Origin: an uncultured Actinomycetota bacterium
Lineage (GTDB): Bacteria > Actinomycetota > Actinomycetes > JAFAQI01
Direction: 5' to 3'
DNA: 64,000 nt
NCBI GenBank assembly: GCA_963770565.1
Contig: CAVYQE010000001.1
Location: 1,408,001-1,472,000 of the forward strand
Positions 60,302 through 64,000 of the stretch are shown in pieces (position 1 is the first letter of the stretch; each line of letters opens with the position of its first letter). The notes under the pieces were generated by a model that did not search any database, had not been told where the DNA came from, and saw only the letters and a program-made list of their open reading frames with translations. Made by a program: the position numbers and the translations under genes.

Positions 60302-62758
60302 GTGGCAACCAAGGCTTCAGCGCGCCCTCGTTCGGCGACCCGCTCCCGCAGCGCGGCGCCGGCCCGGCGCAAGCCCGCCACCCGTAAGGCCTCGAGCCGC
60401 CGTGCACCCGCTCGCAAGCCGGCCGCCCGTCGGCGGCCCGCGGCGCGGCGGCCGGCCCGTCGGGGACCCGGGATCCCGACCCGGATCGCCCGCGCCTTCG
60501 GCCGGATGTTCATCGGCCTGTGGATGCTGCTCGCGCACGGGGTGGGCGCGGTCGCCCGTTCGCTCGGCGGCGGTGCCCGCGACCTCGATCCCGCGCATCG
60601 CCGCGACGGGATCGGGCTGGCGTGTCTCGGCGCGGCGCTGGTCGTGGCGCTCGGTGCCTGGGCCGACTCGGCCGGCCCGCTCGGTCACCACCTGACGTCG
60701 ATCCTGCGTGAGCTGTGCGGCTCCGGCGTCATGCTCCTGCCGGCCGCACTCGCGATCGGTGCGGTGGTGCTGCTGCGCCGGCCACGACCGGACGCGCCCC
60801 GGGGCCGGGTGGCAGTCGGGTGGATCGCGATCACGGTCGGCCTGCTGGGCATCCTCGATCTCGCCCACGGCGATCCGACCGGTGCCGCCGCGCGACGCGG
60901 TGCCGGCGGGCTGCTCGGGGTCCTGGCCGGCTCACCACTCGGCACTGCGCTGACCGCATACCTCGCGGTCCCGATCCTCGGCCTCATCGCGATCTTCGGC
61001 GTACTCGTCGTGACCGGCACTCCGCTGCATGCGGTGCCGGACCGGCTGCGGGCGATCGGCCACCGGCCGGAGCCCGATGTCATCGACCTCGACGAAGGCA
61101 CGCTACCGACCGAACCGATCAAGCGCGGCCGGGGCCTGCGGCGCGCGGCGGCGGCGATCAAGACCGACCCGGACGCGCCGTTCGCGGCCTCGCCGCTGCT
61201 CGCCGAGGGCGCGCCCGAGCCGCCGCAGGTGATCACCTTGCCCGACGCGGGCGAGTCGGCGCAGCCCAAGCCGGCCCGGCAGCTGCGCCTCGGTGACGGC
61301 ACCTACCAGCTTCCACCGCTGACGATCCTGCGCGAAGGATCGGCGCCGCGCGCGCGGAGCAAGGCCAACGACGTGGTGATCGAGTCGCTCACCCAAGTGT
61401 TCCGGGAGTTCGACGCCGACGCGGCAGTTACCGGCTTCACTCGCGGGCCGACCGTCACCCGCTACGAAGTGGAGCTCGGTCCCGCGGTCAAGGTCGAGCG
61501 GATCAAGGCGCTGCAACGCAACATCGCGTACGCCGTGAAGAGCCCGGACGTGCGGATCATCGACGTCATCCCCGGCAAGTCGGCGATCGGGATCGAGATT
61601 CCCAACGTCGACCGGGAGACCGTCAGTCTCGGTGACGTGCTGCGCTCACCGGTCGCGAGCCGCGACCACCACCCGCTCGTGGTCGCACTCGGCAAGGACG
61701 TCGAGGGTCGCTACATCGCCGCCAACCTCGCGAAGATGCCGCACATCCTCATCGCCGGTGCGACCGGTGCGGGCAAGAGCACCTGCATCAACGCGCTGAT
61801 CGCATCGGTGCTCGCGCGGTCGACACCCGACGAGGTGCGGCTGGTGCTGATCGATCCGAAGCGGGTCGAACTCACGCATTACCAAGGGATTCCGCAACTC
61901 ATCACTCCGATCATCACCAACCCGAAGAAGGCCGCGGAAGCGCTGCAGTGGGTCGTGCGCGAGATGGAGCTGCGCTACGACGACATGGAGGTCGCCGGCG
62001 TCCGGCACGTCGACGACTACAACGCCAAGGTGCGCGCGGGCAAGATGGTGACGCCGCCAGGCAGTGACCGGACGTTCTCGACGCATCCGTATCTGCTCGT
62101 CGTCGTCGACGAGCTTGCCGACCTGATGATGGTCGCGCCGCGCGACGTCGAAGACGCGATCGTGCGGATCACCCAGCTTGCGCGCGCGGCCGGCATCCAC
62201 CTTGTCCTCGCGACGCAGCGACCGAGTGTCGACGTCGTGACCGGGTTGATCAAGGCCAACGTCCCGAGTCGGCTCGCGTTCGCCACCGCGAGCCTCGCCG
62301 ACTCCCGGGTCATCCTTGACCAGCCCGGTGCGGAGAAGCTCGTCGGCGGCGGTGACGCGTTGTTCCTGCCGATGGGGGAGAGCAAGCCGATCCGGTTGCA
62401 AGGTGCCTACGTCTCCGACGGCGAGATCGAGGCGATCGTCAAACACTGTGCGGCGCAGATGCAGCCGAGCTATCGCGAGGACATCACGGCGCCCGCGCCG
62501 AGCCGGCGCGAGACCGACGACGAGGTTGGCGATGATCTTGATCTGCTGTGCCAGGCGGTGGAGTTGGTCGTGACCACCCAGTTCGGGTCGACCTCGATGC
62601 TGCAGCGCAAGCTGCGGGTCGGTTTCGCGAAGGCCGGTCGGCTGATGGACCTGATGGAAAGCCGCGGCGTGGTCGGGCCCAGCGAGGGTTCGAAGGCCCG
62701 CGACGTGCTCGTGCGGCCGGAAGAGCTCGACGCGATCATCGCGGCCCTGCGCGGGTAG
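60302..62758 (+). CDS. ftsK: DNA translocase FtsK
   Basis: Basic N-terminus, 4 TM segments, GATGAGKS, VDELADLMM, ATQRPS, gamma domain STSMLQRKL. Confidence 0.97.
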   Translation: MATKASARPRSATRSRSAAPARRKPATRKASSRRAPARKPAARRRPAARRPARRGPGIPTRIARAFGRMFIGLWMLLAHGVGAVARSLGGGARDLDPAHRRDGIGLACLGAALVVALGAWADSAGPLGHHLTSILRELCGSGVMLLPAALAIGAVVLLRRPRPDAPRGRVAVGWIAITVGLLGILDLAHGDPTGAAARRGAGGLLGVLAGSPLGTALTAYLAVPILGLIAIFGVLVVTGTPLHAVPDRLRAIGHRPEPDVIDLDEGTLPTEPIKRGRGLRRAAAAIKTDPDAPFAASPLLAEGAPEPPQVITLPDAGESAQPKPARQLRLGDGTYQLPPLTILREGSAPRARSKANDVVIESLTQVFREFDADAAVTGFTRGPTVTRYEVELGPAVKVERIKALQRNIAYAVKSPDVRIIDVIPGKSAIGIEIPNVDRETVSLGDVLRSPVASRDHHPLVVALGKDVEGRYIAANLAKMPHILIAGATGAGKSTCINALIASVLARSTPDEVRLVLIDPKRVELTHYQGIPQLITPIITNPKKAAEALQWVVREMELRYDDMEVAGVRHVDDYNAKVRAGKMVTPPGSDRTFSTHPYLLVVVDELADLMMVAPRDVEDAIVRITQLARAAGIHLVLATQRPSVDVVTGLIKANVPSRLAFATASLADSRVILDQPGAEKLVGGGDALFLPMGESKPIRLQGAYVSDGEIEAIVKHCAAQMQPSYREDITAPAPSRRETDDEVGDDLDLLCQAVELVVTTQFGSTSMLQRKLRVGFAKAGRLMDLMESRGVVGPSEGSKARDVLVRPEELDAIIAALRG

Positions 62759-62831
62759 GCCGACCGGGCGAAATCTGGCCCGTTGCCGATGCTTTAGGTC
62801 GGTCCTAGACTGGGTACTTCACGAGCACCCT

Positions 62832-63611
62832 ATGAAGGCCGGTTCTTTGACCGTCGGCGAAATTCTCTCAGACGCCCGACGTACGCGAGGGCTCTCGGTG
62901 GACGATGTCGCCGCCGAGACTTGCATCCGTGCCACCTTGATCCGGGCCATCGAGGTGGACGATTTTCGGCTCTGTGGCGGCGATGTCTACGCCCGTGGCC
63001 ACATCCGCAGCATCGCGAAGGTGGTCGGGGTCGACCCGACCCCGCTGATCGCGGACTTCGACACCACGCACGAGGTCGAGCGGGTCGTGGCGGCGGTCGC
63101 GGCGCCGCCGGCCAGCCGGGAGATCGTGGCCCGGTCCGAGCCGCGCCGGCCCAACTGGACCGCAGCGATGGCCACCGCGCTCGCCGTGATCTGCGTGCTC
63201 GCCCTCGGTGCCCTGATCACCCACCATCCTGCGGGCAAGAGCGGGCCGCAGGCCAAGACGCCGCCGGCGGGCTCCGGACACCACCCGACCGCGACGCCGA
63301 ACCCCGCCCTGTCCTCGCCTCCGCCGGTGGTTCAGCAGGCCGCGGCTCGCGCGACGATGTCGGTCCGCACCGTGCACGGGCGGACCTGGCTGTCGATCAC
63401 CTCGAAGACGGGGACCTTGCTGTTCGAGGGGATCCTCGCGCCCGGAGAGCAGAAGACGTTCACCAACCGGCACGGCCTGGCCTACGTGATCGGCAATGCG
63501 CCGGCGGTCGATGTGGTGGTCAACGGGCACGACATCGGGTCGCCGCCGTCGTCGGGAAACGTGTCGCGGGGCGACGTCCGCCCGGGCGCCGACACGGTCC
63601 AGCAGGCCTGA
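62832..63611 (+). CDS. RodZ-like HTH membrane protein (DUF4115)
   Basis: G..L..AR...GLS, GGDVYARGHIR, single TM, IGNA.AV..VVNG. Confidence 0.85.
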   Translation: MKAGSLTVGEILSDARRTRGLSVDDVAAETCIRATLIRAIEVDDFRLCGGDVYARGHIRSIAKVVGVDPTPLIADFDTTHEVERVVAAVAAPPASREIVARSEPRRPNWTAAMATALAVICVLALGALITHHPAGKSGPQAKTPPAGSGHHPTATPNPALSSPPPVVQQAAARATMSVRTVHGRTWLSITSKTGTLLFEGILAPGEQKTFTNRHGLAYVIGNAPAVDVVVNGHDIGSPPSSGNVSRGDVRPGADTVQQA

Positions 63612-63638
63612 GCGCCGCCGAAGCCCTAGCCTGGCACG

Positions 63639-64000
63639 GTGCCCCGCTCGGTCGCCCTCGTCACCTTGGGCTGTGCCCGTAACGAGGTCGACTCCGAGGA
63701 GCTGGCCGGCCGGCTCGACGGCGAGGGCTGGCAGCTCGTCGACGACGCCGAGTCCGCCGACGTCGTCATGGTCAACACCTGTGGCTTCGTGGAAGCGGCC
63801 AAGCGGGACAGCATCGAGACCTTGCTGGGCGCGGCCGAGTCGGGCCGGCCGGTGGTCGCGGTCGGATGCCTGGCCGAGCGGTACGGCGACCAGCTCGCGC
63901 GGGAGCTCACCGAGGTCACCGTGCTCGGCTTCGACGACTATGCCGCGATCGGTGCCCGCCTCGATGACGTGGTCGACGGCAAGCCGCTGGTGCCGCATAC
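63639..64000 (+). CDS. rimO: Ribosomal protein S12 methylthiotransferase, 5' part (truncated by window edge)
   Basis: Read manually: [35 protein letters not shown]. Confidence 0.92.
   Translation, partial: MPRSVALVTLGCARNEVDSEELAGRLDGEGWQLVDDAESADVVMVNTCGFVEAAKRDSIETLLGAAESGRPVVAVGCLAERYGDQLARELTEVTVLGFDDYAAIGARLDDVVDGKPLVPH

Noticed and set aside
60302-60480. Histone-like Lys/Arg/Ala repeats
   Set aside because: This is the usual low-complexity basic N-terminus of actinobacterial FtsK.

Overview
High-GC actinobacterial chromosome segment. The conserved backbone runs dprA(3' end)-xerC-whiG/fliA-type sigma-rpsB-tsf-pyrH-frr-cdsA-rlmN, then dxr-rip1-ispG-proS-rimP-nusA-ylxR-infB-rbfA-truB-ribF-rpsO-pnp-M16 peptidase-dapB, then thyX-dapA-rnj-ftsK-rodZ-like-rimO(5' end). 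Two accessory blocks interrupt it. The first is a ~17.5 kb polyamine uptake/catabolism island (9.8-27.2 kb) that also carries a GT1 glycosyltransferase lacking the usual catalytic His, an agmatinase and an orphan saccharopine-dehydrogenase-like enzyme. The second is a ~10 kb block between dapB and thyX. It holds a DUF222/HNH gene with a LexA box plus a PafBC-type promoter, an IS481/IS1202-like element with a 15-bp target duplication, a GT-C-like membrane protein facing a CutRS-like two-component system, two VOC genes and an rsgA paralog with a candidate leader ORF. The most striking unannotated signal is a chain of three ATGA-overlapped micro-ORFs (MSAR, MSQHR, MSTAVH) linking ylxR to the infB leader. 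Four single-base frameshifts (sigma factor, tsf, an FAD oxidase, the transposase) probably reflect assembly errors. No rRNA, tRNA or CRISPR array was seen. All family assignments come from motif recognition by eye; no searches were run.
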